From Limnothrix sp. BL-A-16 (GTDB taxonomy: Bacteria; Cyanobacteriota; Cyanobacteriia; CACIAM-69d), in contig CP166615.1 in NCBI GenBank assembly GCA_041937175.2, forward strand, positions 4,448,001-4,512,000: DNA of 64,000 bases. The letters run 5' to 3'. The notes below the pieces were generated by a model that saw only the letters and a list, made by a program, of their open reading frames with translations, was not told the origin of the DNA and searched no databases. Positions within the stretch are counted from its first letter, which is position 1, and each line of letters begins with the position of its first letter. Made by a program: the position numbers and the translations under genes. Shown in pieces: positions 18,743-27,879 of this stretch.

Positions 18743-18849
18743 GCTGATGGCAACCTCTGGGAGATAGGCACAGATTGACTTCATTTTAGCGAGGGGCGAA
18801 GCCAGGGGCGATCGCCTTATGATGGGCAGGTTCTGCCGATCGCTTGCCC

Positions 18850-19581
18850 ATGCCCGCTGCTGCCATTGATCTTGACCGTTTGACCCCGACCGATCGCCAG
18901 GCTTTGATCGATCATCTCTGCACCTTTGTCACGCCCGATCGCTGGGGGCGAATTCAGTCGGTCATTGCCCAGCGCACCCGCCAAATTACCGTGGTGCTGG
19001 AGGATCTTTATCAACCTCACAACGCCAGCGCTGTGCTGCGCAGTTGCGATGGCTTTGGCATTCAAGACGTGCATGTGATTGAAACGCGCAATCAGTTCGC
19101 ACCGAACCGGGGGGTGAGCATTGGGGCCGATCGCTGGTTAACCCTGCGGCACTACCGAGAAGCCGCGCCAACGCCTGGCTCCTCGAACACAGCCCGCTGT
19201 TTACAGGATCTCAAAGCCAGGGGCTATACCCTGGTGGCCACCACACCCCACGAACGCAGCACCACCATTCAGGCCGTGCCCATCGATCGCCCCCTGGCCA
19301 TTTTGTTTGGCACAGAGCTAACGGGCCTCACGCCGGAAGCCTTGGAACTGGCGGATCACTACGCGGTGATTCCGATGTTTGGCTTCAGCGAAAGTTTCAA
19401 TATTTCCGTGAGTGTGGCCCTGTGCCTCTATGACCTGACCACACGGTTGCGGGCCGATCGCCCTGACTGGGCCTTGGATGCGGCAGCCCAGGCCCAATTA
19501 CAACTGGATTGGCTCGTGAAGTCCCTGAAGGCGGGCGATCAATTGGTGATGCAATTTGGGCGCGATCGGGGATGGATTTAG
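18850..19581 (+). CDS. SpoU/TrmH-family RNA methyltransferase (tRNA Gm18-like)
   Basis: VLEDLYQPHNASAVLRSCD, LFGTE, IPMFGFSESFNISV motifs. Confidence 0.88.
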   Translation: MPAAAIDLDRLTPTDRQALIDHLCTFVTPDRWGRIQSVIAQRTRQITVVLEDLYQPHNASAVLRSCDGFGIQDVHVIETRNQFAPNRGVSIGADRWLTLRHYREAAPTPGSSNTARCLQDLKARGYTLVATTPHERSTTIQAVPIDRPLAILFGTELTGLTPEALELADHYAVIPMFGFSESFNISVSVALCLYDLTTRLRADRPDWALDAAAQAQLQLDWLVKSLKAGDQLVMQFGRDRGWI

Positions 19582-19714
19582 GGGAGGTTGATCGGTTGTG
19601 GCCAATCTTGCTCCTGTACCATTGACGATCGAGCGGGGCGGTGACCCCAAGACCACCCGCAACGCCACTCGATTCAATATTTTCCCAATCCGCAAGCTTT
19701 TCCAGAGTTTTTCC

Positions 19715-19891
19715 ATGGCTCCCGAAACCGAAACGCCCCCCAACCTTTCCCCCTCAGAACCACCGCCCAGCTACGTGAAGTTGGCCATGCGGAACATGGT
19801 GCGCAAGGGGAGCAAATCCCTCCAGCACTTTGCCCTCACCACGGTCGTCCTGCTGGGGGCGTTGGTGGGCTTGGCTTATCTCACCCGTTAG
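19715..19891 (+). CDS. DUF3285 family small membrane protein
   Basis: PPPSYVKLAMRNMVRKG..SL.HF.LT signature, in its usual position upstream of ybeY. Confidence 0.85.
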   Translation: MAPETETPPNLSPSEPPPSYVKLAMRNMVRKGSKSLQHFALTTVVLLGALVGLAYLTR

Positions 19892-19917
19892 GATCCGCTC
19901 TCCCGAGGCCCAAAACC

Positions 19918-20553
19918 ATGCGCGAATTTGAAATGGAGCTGGCGGAAGTGGACGAGGACACACCGATCTATGTCTGTGTGCAGGATCAGCCAACGGGCTA
20001 CAGTCCCCTAACCGTGGCGATCGCGGATAGCACTTGGCAAGGTTGGTTTGAAACCTGGTTGGCTCAGTTGGATGCCCGATCGCCCCAGGACATGCCCTAT
20101 CTGGCGGATCAGGCGGATGAGGCAGGCCAACTGCCGCCGCTGGAATTGAGCTTGCGGCTAACGGGCGATCGGGAAATCCATCAACTGAATTCCGAGTTTC
20201 GCCAGGTCGATCGGCCCACGGATGTGCTGGCCTTTGCGGCCCTGGAGTGGGAAGCGCCCGAAGTGGATTTCGCCGATCTCGAAGAGGTAGACGACGCGGA
20301 ATTGGGAGACTGGGCGATCGAGCTGGGCGATGTGGTGATTTCCGTGGAAACGGCCCAACGCCAAGCCACCGAAGCGGGCCATGACCTGACCACGGAGTTA
20401 GCCTGGTTGGCGGCCCATGGATTCTTGCACCTGTTGGGTTGGGATCACCCCACGGAAACGGAACTCAACCAAATGCTCGATCGGCAAGCGGCCCTGCTCC
20501 AGGCAGTTGGATTGACCCCACAGGTCGATCGCGCCAAGCTATTGGCCGGATAA
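19918..20553 (+). CDS. ybeY: rRNA maturation endoribonuclease YbeY
   Basis: LNSEFRQVDRPTDVLAF, LGDVVISVETA, HGFLHLLGWDH zinc motif. Confidence 0.95.
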   Translation: MREFEMELAEVDEDTPIYVCVQDQPTGYSPLTVAIADSTWQGWFETWLAQLDARSPQDMPYLADQADEAGQLPPLELSLRLTGDREIHQLNSEFRQVDRPTDVLAFAALEWEAPEVDFADLEEVDDAELGDWAIELGDVVISVETAQRQATEAGHDLTTELAWLAAHGFLHLLGWDHPTETELNQMLDRQAALLQAVGLTPQVDRAKLLAG

Positions 20554-20744
20554 AAACCTATGCGTCGAGGCCCGGACGGATTGTGCCGCCGGATTGGCCG
20601 CTGGGTTGATCACCGCCCGGTTGATCTTTTTAATTTTTGATGTTGTTGAGATTCCGCCGACTCCTGTTGTCTGTCTTCCGCCGCGCCGCCTTGGATGTTC
20701 CGCCGCGTGCCCGTCGGTTTCCCCGTCATCCGTCGTCAGCTTTG

Positions 20745-21188
20745 ATGAACGATTCACAGAAACCCCAAAAACCTTCACCATCCGCCACCCGCCGCGACCA
20801 AGCTTGGAAAATTGCCCCCAATTTGCTAATTAGCTTTCGCTATGCCGGTGCGGGGTTGGTGCATACGTTTTTGACCCAACGCAATTTCCGCCTCCATACG
20901 GTGGTGGCGGTGGTGGCGATCGGGCTGGGAGTGGGGTTGCAGCGGCCCCCGGTTGAGCTGGCCTTAGTGGGTTTAACGATCGGGCTGGTGTTGGCGCTGG
21001 AGTTGTTGAATACGGCGATCGAGTCGGTGGTGGATCTGACGGTGGGCAAGAACTACCACGACCTGGCCAAGGTCGCCAAGGACTGTGCAGCGGCGGCCGT
21101 GTTGATGGCGGCGATTGTGGCGGTGTTGGTGGGGGTGGTGTTGCTGGTGCCGCCGCTGCTGGTCACCTTGGGCTGGTGGGGAGTCTGA
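20745..21188 (+). CDS. dgkA: Diacylglycerol/undecaprenol kinase family protein
   Basis: SFRYA..G, QRNFRLH, ELLNTAIESVVDL, AKVAKDCAAAAV; follows ybeY; start uncertain. Confidence 0.9.
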   Translation: MNDSQKPQKPSPSATRRDQAWKIAPNLLISFRYAGAGLVHTFLTQRNFRLHTVVAVVAIGLGVGLQRPPVELALVGLTIGLVLALELLNTAIESVVDLTVGKNYHDLAKVAKDCAAAAVLMAAIVAVLVGVVLLVPPLLVTLGWWGV

Positions 21189-21298
21189 AAACAAGTCTCA
21201 CGCTCAAAGCGCCACGATCAGACTCTGAAATTCAGACTCTGAATTCCCAAAACCAGTAATTCCCACAATCAGCGGCTAACCAATCGCTGGCCGAACAA

Positions 21299-21592
21299 CT
21301 AACAATCGGCCGCCGCCAGCAGTGCATCCACATGGTCGATCGAGAGGCCCTGATCTAGATAGCGCGGCTCCGTGGGCTTGAAAGGGGCCATGGCCCGATC
21401 GACCGCTGTAATCGTGGCATCGGGCGGCAAAACCGGCACATCCGGATCAAAGGCCGTGGGACGCATCAGCGAGCTGGAAAAGCCCTTAAACACCATCACC
21501 TGATCCGGCTCGCCATCCACGATCGCATGGACAATCCAAACTTCGGTCGATCGCCCTTGGGTGTAGCGTTCCAGTCGTTGCAACAGGGTCAT
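21299..21592 (-). CDS. Conserved cyanobacterial/plastid hypothetical protein
   Basis: VFKGFSSSLMRPTAFDPDVPVLP motif; GGAGA RBS before MTLLQRLE. Confidence 0.75.
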   Translation of the reverse strand: MTLLQRLERYTQGRSTEVWIVHAIVDGEPDQVMVFKGFSSSLMRPTAFDPDVPVLPPDATITAVDRAMAPFKPTEPRYLDQGLSIDHVDALLAAADC

Positions 21593-21731
21593 AGGGGGGT
21601 CTCCTGGGGATGGATCTTCTGGAGAAGCATTTCGAGACCGGCAACCAGTATCAGCAATCAGCAATCAATGAATTGCTTGTGAAGTGCTCGAACCCATGAA
21701 GTTTTGAGATTGGGAAGTTTTGAGATTGGCC

Positions 21732-23243
21732 CTAGCCGCCAATGCCCAACCGCCCGGCCAGGCTGGGGGTGAGGGGCAACAGGGTCGCCACCATCAAAAA
21801 CAACATCAACAGCCCCAACGCCGCGCGGGCATCGTCCGGCTCCGACAGTTCTTCCAGGGCGGGCCGCTCCAAGTCGCGTACCAAAAAGGCAATCACCAAG
21901 GCCCAATAGAGCGCCAACGGCGTGGCCAAAGAAGCCAAAGCCAACACCACCACTGTCCCGATCGTGGTGCGGCGAGCGGTTTTACGGCCGTAGATGGCCT
22001 GGACAATGCGGCCCCCGTCCAATTGACCGGCGGGCATCAGGTTAATGGCCGTAATCACCAACCCTAACCACCCGATCGCCACGAGGGGGTGAATATCCAC
22101 CAAGGAAGCCTGGAGCTTGGTGCCCAGCACCAATTTGGCCAGGGTTCCCACCAAAATGGAGCCTTGGAAAAATTCCGAGGGAATTTGGAAGGGGCTGCCC
22201 GGCCCCGACAGCTCCAACCCCACCAACAACAGCAACAGGGACAGGGCCCCACCCGCCACTGGCCCCGCCAAGGCAATATCACAAAGGCTTTGGCGGTTGG
22301 GCAGCAAAGATTCAAACCGGTTAAAGGCCCCAAAGGAGCCAATCTGCCAAACGGGGAGAAAGTAGGGCAAGCTGAGTTTGACGTTTAGTTTGCGGGCCAG
22401 GATTTGGTGACCCAGTTCATGAACGCCCAAAATTGACAGCAGCCCCAGGGCGATCGGGAGGCTATCCATCACCCGATCGGGCGTAGAGAACAGGTCAAAT
22501 CCTTGCAGCAACCCGGCCGATTCCAAACAGGTGGCGATCGTGGCGATCATCAGGGCCACGGCAAACAGCTTTTGCCCCAGGGAAGCGGGTTTAGGATCCG
22601 TGCTGCTGGGTAACACCACAAAGGTTGGCCGCTCGTCGGGCCCTTCCACCAAAAACAGCCGGTAGCGATCGCCCAGGCGCTCTTCCAGTTTTTGGCGCAA
22701 GTTGGCATGGACTTTCGCCGGTTCCCCGCGTAGGTTGCCCTTCAGGATTGCGCCTTCCTGGTAGGGCACGGTTTCAGTGATGAAAAATGTGTCAATGCCA
22801 AAGATGCCTTGAATGGTTTTCAGGTCTTCAGCGGGGATGGGAACCACTTCCGGCATTCCGGGCAGGGGTGGTGCGGGTGGTTTGGGGGCGGCGGCCCCTT
22901 CGATCGCGGCCGATTCCGCATCGGGGGTGGTTTCCGGATGGGCCAAGGCCGATCGGTTCGGGGGCGGCAACTCCTTCGCCGCGGCCCGCAGTCGGTTGCC
23001 CAGGAAGATATATAACCCCGTGGACAGGGCCAACACCAGCAAAATGCCCGCCAGGTTGAGATAAACGCCGGCCGCAAACAACGCAAAGAAGGCCAACCAG
23101 GGCAACATCAGCGCCACCGATTGCAGCCAAGCCAGAATGCCCAGTTTGCCGAAGGGGCGGGCTCGGTAAAGCCCCCAGCCGAGAATGACAAGGGCGGCGA
23201 GGGCGATCGCGCTGGTTGCCAAATTTTCGGAGGCAAGGGGCAT
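21732..23243 (-). CDS. Site-2 protease (M50, EGY-like) intramembrane metalloprotease
   Basis: HELGH and NLMPAGQLDGG motifs, FGIDTFF/GNLRG segment, multiple TM helices. Confidence 0.93.
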   Translation of the reverse strand: MPLASENLATSAIALAALVILGWGLYRARPFGKLGILAWLQSVALMLPWLAFFALFAAGVYLNLAGILLVLALSTGLYIFLGNRLRAAAKELPPPNRSALAHPETTPDAESAAIEGAAAPKPPAPPLPGMPEVVPIPAEDLKTIQGIFGIDTFFITETVPYQEGAILKGNLRGEPAKVHANLRQKLEERLGDRYRLFLVEGPDERPTFVVLPSSTDPKPASLGQKLFAVALMIATIATCLESAGLLQGFDLFSTPDRVMDSLPIALGLLSILGVHELGHQILARKLNVKLSLPYFLPVWQIGSFGAFNRFESLLPNRQSLCDIALAGPVAGGALSLLLLLVGLELSGPGSPFQIPSEFFQGSILVGTLAKLVLGTKLQASLVDIHPLVAIGWLGLVITAINLMPAGQLDGGRIVQAIYGRKTARRTTIGTVVVLALASLATPLALYWALVIAFLVRDLERPALEELSEPDDARAALGLLMLFLMVATLLPLTPSLAGRLGIGG

Positions 23244-23328
23244 GGCGGTTTCCGGTCTCAGTTCAGGAATGCAGTACGCCCCATCCTATCGCAGTTGCTT
23301 GGCCGGGGCGATCGGGATTGCCGAACCG

Positions 23329-24270
23329 TTACGCGGGGCTGCTGGCGCTTTGGGCTAAGGTCAAGGCCTGCCGCAGTTGGCCGCCCCCTTGGGCTAGGAG
23401 CTGTTCTGCCTGGGGGCGATCGACTTCGGCCCAATGCATCAACAGGGCGGTTTTGACGCGGTTGCCCGATCGATCCAGCAGGTCTTCTGCTTCGGTGCGG
23501 CTCAAGTTCGCCAAGTCGCGCACCATGCGCACCGCCCGATCGCGGAGCTTGCTGTTGGTGACGGATACATCCACCATCCGATTGCCATAGACCTTGCCCA
23601 GCTTGACCATCACTCCGGTAGAGAGGATATTCAGGGCCATTTTGGTTACGGTTCCCGATTTCAGCCGGGTGGAGCCGGCCAGGATTTCCGGCCCCACCAG
23701 CAATCGCAAATCCACATCCACCGAACCACCGGGCGGCGGCACTTGGTCGATCGGGACGCAGGCTAAAAAGACTGTTTTCGCCCCTCGGCGGGCCGCCTCG
23801 ATCAACGCGCCTTGGACGTAGGGGGTTGTGCCGCCGGCCGTGATGCCCACCACCAAATCCCGATCGCCCACCGATCGCTCGGCCATGGCCGCGGCTCCAT
23901 CTTCTGCCCGATCTTCCAAGGCTTCGGAACTGCGCAACAGGGCTGGCGGCCCCCCGGCAATGATGCCCTGCACCAATTCAGGATCTGTGCAAAAGGTGGG
24001 TGGACATTCCGACGCATCCAGCACTCCCAGCCGGCCGCTGGTGCCTGCGCCGATATAAAACAGCCGCCCGCCCTGGGCCAAGGCCGCCGCCCCCAGGTCG
24101 ATCGCCCGGGCCAGGGGTTCCCGCGCTTGGGCGATCGCCGCCAGGGTTTTGGCATCTTCCTGATTAAACAAATCCACCAGTTCCAGGGAAGACAGTTGAT
24201 CCAGTGCCTCGCTGTTGGGGTTGGCCTGTTCCGTCAGCAAATGGCCTCGGTCGATCGCAGCAGCACACAT
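23329..24270 (-). CDS. murQ: N-acetylmuramic acid 6-phosphate etherase
   Basis: LLTEQANP, GAGTSGRLGVLDASECPPTF, GPEILAGSTRLKSGT, KVYGNRMVDV. Confidence 0.97.
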   Translation of the reverse strand: MCAAAIDRGHLLTEQANPNSEALDQLSSLELVDLFNQEDAKTLAAIAQAREPLARAIDLGAAALAQGGRLFYIGAGTSGRLGVLDASECPPTFCTDPELVQGIIAGGPPALLRSSEALEDRAEDGAAAMAERSVGDRDLVVGITAGGTTPYVQGALIEAARRGAKTVFLACVPIDQVPPPGGSVDVDLRLLVGPEILAGSTRLKSGTVTKMALNILSTGVMVKLGKVYGNRMVDVSVTNSKLRDRAVRMVRDLANLSRTEAEDLLDRSGNRVKTALLMHWAEVDRPQAEQLLAQGGGQLRQALTLAQSASSPA

Positions 24271-24343
24271 GGCAAATTTCCACCCAAGTCTAGATATCCC
24301 GCAATGATATGAAGCGAGCGACCCAGCGGGGAATGATCAGGGG

Positions 24344-25153
24344 TTAATCAACGGCTGAGGGGGCCAGCTCATGGGCGATCGTTTCGCCCCAAGCATTCAC
24401 AATCGCCAGGGCCGCCAACGGAGCCGTCACGGCCCGCAAAACCCGCCCACCCAAGGAAACCACCTGCCAACCGGCCGCTAAGGCCTGGTCTACCTCCGCT
24501 GGAGTCCAGCCCCCTTCTGGCCCCACCGCCAGGGCGATCGCCCGTGGAGACTGGGATTGAGCTGAAGTGGAGGCTGAAGTTGGGCTGGGCACAGAATCAG
24601 CCAGCAATTGCAAAGCCTGCCAAAGGTGCGGAGCCGATTGCCTGGCCACACAAATAAACCGCCCGTCATGGCCGGCCACCTGGGTGATCGCGGCGGGCCA
24701 AGCCAGTGGATCGGTCACCGTGGGGATGGTGGCCCGTTCGGATTGCTCGGCGGCTTCCCGGGCAATGCGTCGCCACCGCTCCAGCCGGTTGCCATTGGGC
24801 TGCATCAGGGTACGATCGCTCAACACTGGCACAATCTCCGTTACGCCCAACTCCGTCGCCTGTCGCACCACCTCATCAAACCCCGATCCCTTGGGCAAAG
24901 CTGCCAACAGCGTGAGGGTTTGGATCGGCTCGATCGGCTCCGGCAAGGGTTTCAGGGCCGTCGCTCCCGTGGGCCCAAGACCAACCAACCACCAGCGGCT
25001 TTCCCCGATCGGCTCCGGCAGCAGGGCCACCAGTCGATCGCCCGGTTCCAACCGCAACACCCGCCGCAGATAGCGGTCTTGGTCGGCGGTGAACTGAATT
25101 TCGCCCTCATGCCATTGGGCCGGGTCGATCGCCAAGCGTTGGAGTTCCTTCAT
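24344..25153 (-). CDS. rsmE: 16S rRNA (uracil1498-N3)-methyltransferase
   Basis: YLRRVLRL, QATELGV, EAAEQSER, VGPEGGW, SLGGRVLRAVTA. Confidence 0.95.
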   Translation of the reverse strand: MKELQRLAIDPAQWHEGEIQFTADQDRYLRRVLRLEPGDRLVALLPEPIGESRWWLVGLGPTGATALKPLPEPIEPIQTLTLLAALPKGSGFDEVVRQATELGVTEIVPVLSDRTLMQPNGNRLERWRRIAREAAEQSERATIPTVTDPLAWPAAITQVAGHDGRFICVARQSAPHLWQALQLLADSVPSPTSASTSAQSQSPRAIALAVGPEGGWTPAEVDQALAAGWQVVSLGGRVLRAVTAPLAALAIVNAWGETIAHELAPSAVD

Positions 25154-25475
25154 GCTGAAAAGGGGTTGATTGGGCGTTGATTGGGTGTTGGTTGAACGTT
25201 GATTGTGCGTCGGTTGGATCTTGGTTGTCAGGGAATTGAAAAGAGATTGAATTACCAGAAAATGCTTGAAAAGGAGTTCATTAAAAAGGGATCGATCAAA
25301 AAGGGATTGAAAATGATTTGCGACGCAACCTTGGCCTGACCCCAGCGGCCGATCGGGGAACGGTTATGGCTCAACTCGTCGCGCTATTATGCCCAACATC
25401 GCCTCAACCCACTGTCTGATCCAGCTAGAACTGTCCCGCTAAGATTTCCTGTTGGTCTTTTAAGGAGTAGCAACC

Positions 25476-27389
25476 GTGTGCGGTATTGTCGGCTATATCG
25501 GAACCCAACCTGCGGTCAGCATTCTGCTTGAAGGGCTGCGCAAACTGGAATATCGCGGCTACGATTCGGCGGGAATTGCCACCGTTTGGGAAGGGCAACT
25601 ACACACCGTTCGGGCCCAGGGCAAACTCTACAACCTCCAGGCCAAGCTTGAGGGCTGGGAAATGCCCGCCCGCTTGGGCATTGGGCACACCCGCTGGGCC
25701 ACCCATGGCAAGCCCGAAGAGCGCAACGCCCATCCGCACATGGATCCGACCCAAACCATTGCGGTGGTGCAGAACGGAATTATTGAAAACTACCGTGAAC
25801 TGCAAGAGTTGCTGATTGCCGAAGGGGCCAGCTTCAGTTCCGAGACGGACACGGAAGTGGTTCCCCATCTGATCGCCCGTTGTTGGCGGGAGTTGGCCCA
25901 GGAGTCGGCCAGTGGTTGGTTGAGTGGGTCGCGCCTGATGGAGGCTACTCGTCGGGCGATCGGGCAGTTGAAAGGGGCTTTTGCGCTGGCGATCGTGGCG
26001 GCCGATGCGCCCGATGAGTTGATTGTGGTGCGGCAACAGGCTCCCATCTCGATCGGGTTTGGGCAGGGGGAATTTTTCTGTGCATCGGATACCCCGGCGA
26101 TCGTGCCCTACACCCGCGCTGTGTTGCATTTGGACAATGGCGAAATTGCCCGCTTGACTCCGCTGGGGGTTGAAATTTACGGCTTTGAGGGCGATCGCCG
26201 GGTGAAATATCCCCATTTGCTCAACTGGAGTTCCACCCAAGTCGAAAAAGGCGGCTATCGCCACTACATGCTCAAGGAAATCTTTGAGCAACCGGGCGTG
26301 GTCCGCGATTGTCTCGCGGCTTATTTTGGCGGTATTACTCCCACCCCGAACTGTTCCGCCGACGGGTCGCCGGTCACCTTGGGGCTGCCCGCAGAATGGC
26401 TTCAGGATGTGCAGCAAATTCAAATCCTGGCCTGTGGCACCAGTTGGCACGCCAGCTTGGTGGGTAAGTATCTGTTGGAAGGGTTGGCCGGTGTGCCCAC
26501 CTCGGTGCAATATGCCTCGGAGTTTCGATCAGCCCCATCCCCAGCGGGCCCTTGCACCCTGACGATCGGGGTGACCCAATCGGGCGAAACGGCCGACACC
26601 TTGGCAGCCCTAGAGGTCGATCGCGAGCGTCGGGCCCCGTTGGCCCCAGAATTCCAGGCGCGATTGATTGGGATCAGCAACCGACCGGAAAACACGATCG
26701 GGCGGATTGCCGATTACGTAATCCCAACCCACGCGGGCATTGAAATCGGTGTGGCCGCCACCAAAACCTTTGTTACGCAGTTGCTCGCCTTCTATGCCCT
26801 GGCCATTGATTTAGGCGTTCGGCGAGGAACCCTGACCCTCGATCGCGCCAATACCCTCATCGAAGGACTGCACCAACTGCCCCGCCATATTGAACATATC
26901 CTGGACAAACAAAACGCCAAAATTGAAGCCCTGGCCCACGAATTCAGCGAAACCCGCGACTTTATCTTCATTGGGCGCGGTCTCAACTTCCCGATCGCCC
27001 TGGAAGGGGCCCTCAAGCTCAAGGAAATCAGTTATATCCACGCGGAAGGCTACCCGGCCGGCGAGCTGAAACACGGCCCGATCGCCCTGTTGGATGACAA
27101 AGTGCCCGTCGTGGCGATCGCCACCCCCGGCAAGGTTTACGACAAAGTGATATCCAACGCCCAAGAGGCCCGGGCCCGCGATGCTCGGCTCATTGGCGTG
27201 GTGGCGGAAGGGGATGCCCTCGGGGCCGATCTGTTCAACCCAGCCATCTCAGTTCCCGTCACCGATGAGTGGCTGTTCCCGGTCTTAAACGTTGTGCCCC
27301 TGCAACTGTTGTCCTACTACATCGCCGCCCGTCGGGGCTTGGATGTGGATCAACCGCGCAATTTGGCCAAATCCGTCACCGTGGAATAG
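25476..27389 (+). CDS. glmS: Glutamine--fructose-6-phosphate transaminase
   Basis: N-terminal CGIVG, GHTRWATHG, QSGETADT, DQPRNLAKSVTVE C-terminus; AAGGAG RBS. Confidence 0.98.
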   Translation: MCGIVGYIGTQPAVSILLEGLRKLEYRGYDSAGIATVWEGQLHTVRAQGKLYNLQAKLEGWEMPARLGIGHTRWATHGKPEERNAHPHMDPTQTIAVVQNGIIENYRELQELLIAEGASFSSETDTEVVPHLIARCWRELAQESASGWLSGSRLMEATRRAIGQLKGAFALAIVAADAPDELIVVRQQAPISIGFGQGEFFCASDTPAIVPYTRAVLHLDNGEIARLTPLGVEIYGFEGDRRVKYPHLLNWSSTQVEKGGYRHYMLKEIFEQPGVVRDCLAAYFGGITPTPNCSADGSPVTLGLPAEWLQDVQQIQILACGTSWHASLVGKYLLEGLAGVPTSVQYASEFRSAPSPAGPCTLTIGVTQSGETADTLAALEVDRERRAPLAPEFQARLIGISNRPENTIGRIADYVIPTHAGIEIGVAATKTFVTQLLAFYALAIDLGVRRGTLTLDRANTLIEGLHQLPRHIEHILDKQNAKIEALAHEFSETRDFIFIGRGLNFPIALEGALKLKEISYIHAEGYPAGELKHGPIALLDDKVPVVAIATPGKVYDKVISNAQEARARDARLIGVVAEGDALGADLFNPAISVPVTDEWLFPVLNVVPLQLLSYYIAARRGLDVDQPRNLAKSVTVE

Positions 27390-27542
27390 TCCCGATCGCC
27401 TCGTTGCCCACCCGATCGACTAATTAGCCCCCAAATCCCATCAGGGCGCATCGCCATGCGCCCTCCGGCAAGCGAGACCTCCGCAAACCAATTAATTCAT
27501 GCCCAGCGATCGACCCTGGCAGAGGGTGTCCAGCGGTCATGT

Positions 27543-27666
27543 GCTTCAACTTAACGGTTAACGTGTTCAAAATCATCCCAGTCAACATTGATCGAAACCC
27601 ATCAACTCTTGTAGGGGCGTACGGCCGTACGCCCCTACCCGGATCTTCTCGGTCTTAAGTTGAAGC
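27543..27666. repeat. MITE-like unit: 12-bp terminal inverted repeats enclosing a perfect 28-bp GTAG-type REP palindrome
   Basis: GCTTCAACTTAA (27543-27554) and TTAAGTTGAAGC (27655-27666) flank GTAGGGGCGTACGGCCGTACGCCCCTAC (27611-27638). Confidence 0.65.
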
Positions 27667-27879
27667 CAATAGTAGCGGTGCGCTCCTACCCAATTACCTG
27701 TGACGCAGATCGATGGTGCATGGAAAACAAACCAAGTGACACTCATCGAATGTAAAAACAGTCCTACAAAAAATCCTACAATTTCTGACTGATCTAAACT
27801 TCCAAATTGTTATTACGAGTTTTTACTCATTTTTCTGCATTATATCTTCCTACATGACTAGGACTGAAGGATCAAAAAC

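Noticed and set aside
25153..25475. glmS ribozyme upstream of glmS
   Set aside because: No recognisable conserved core; the region holds only short GTTGATTGG-type repeats and A-rich tracts.
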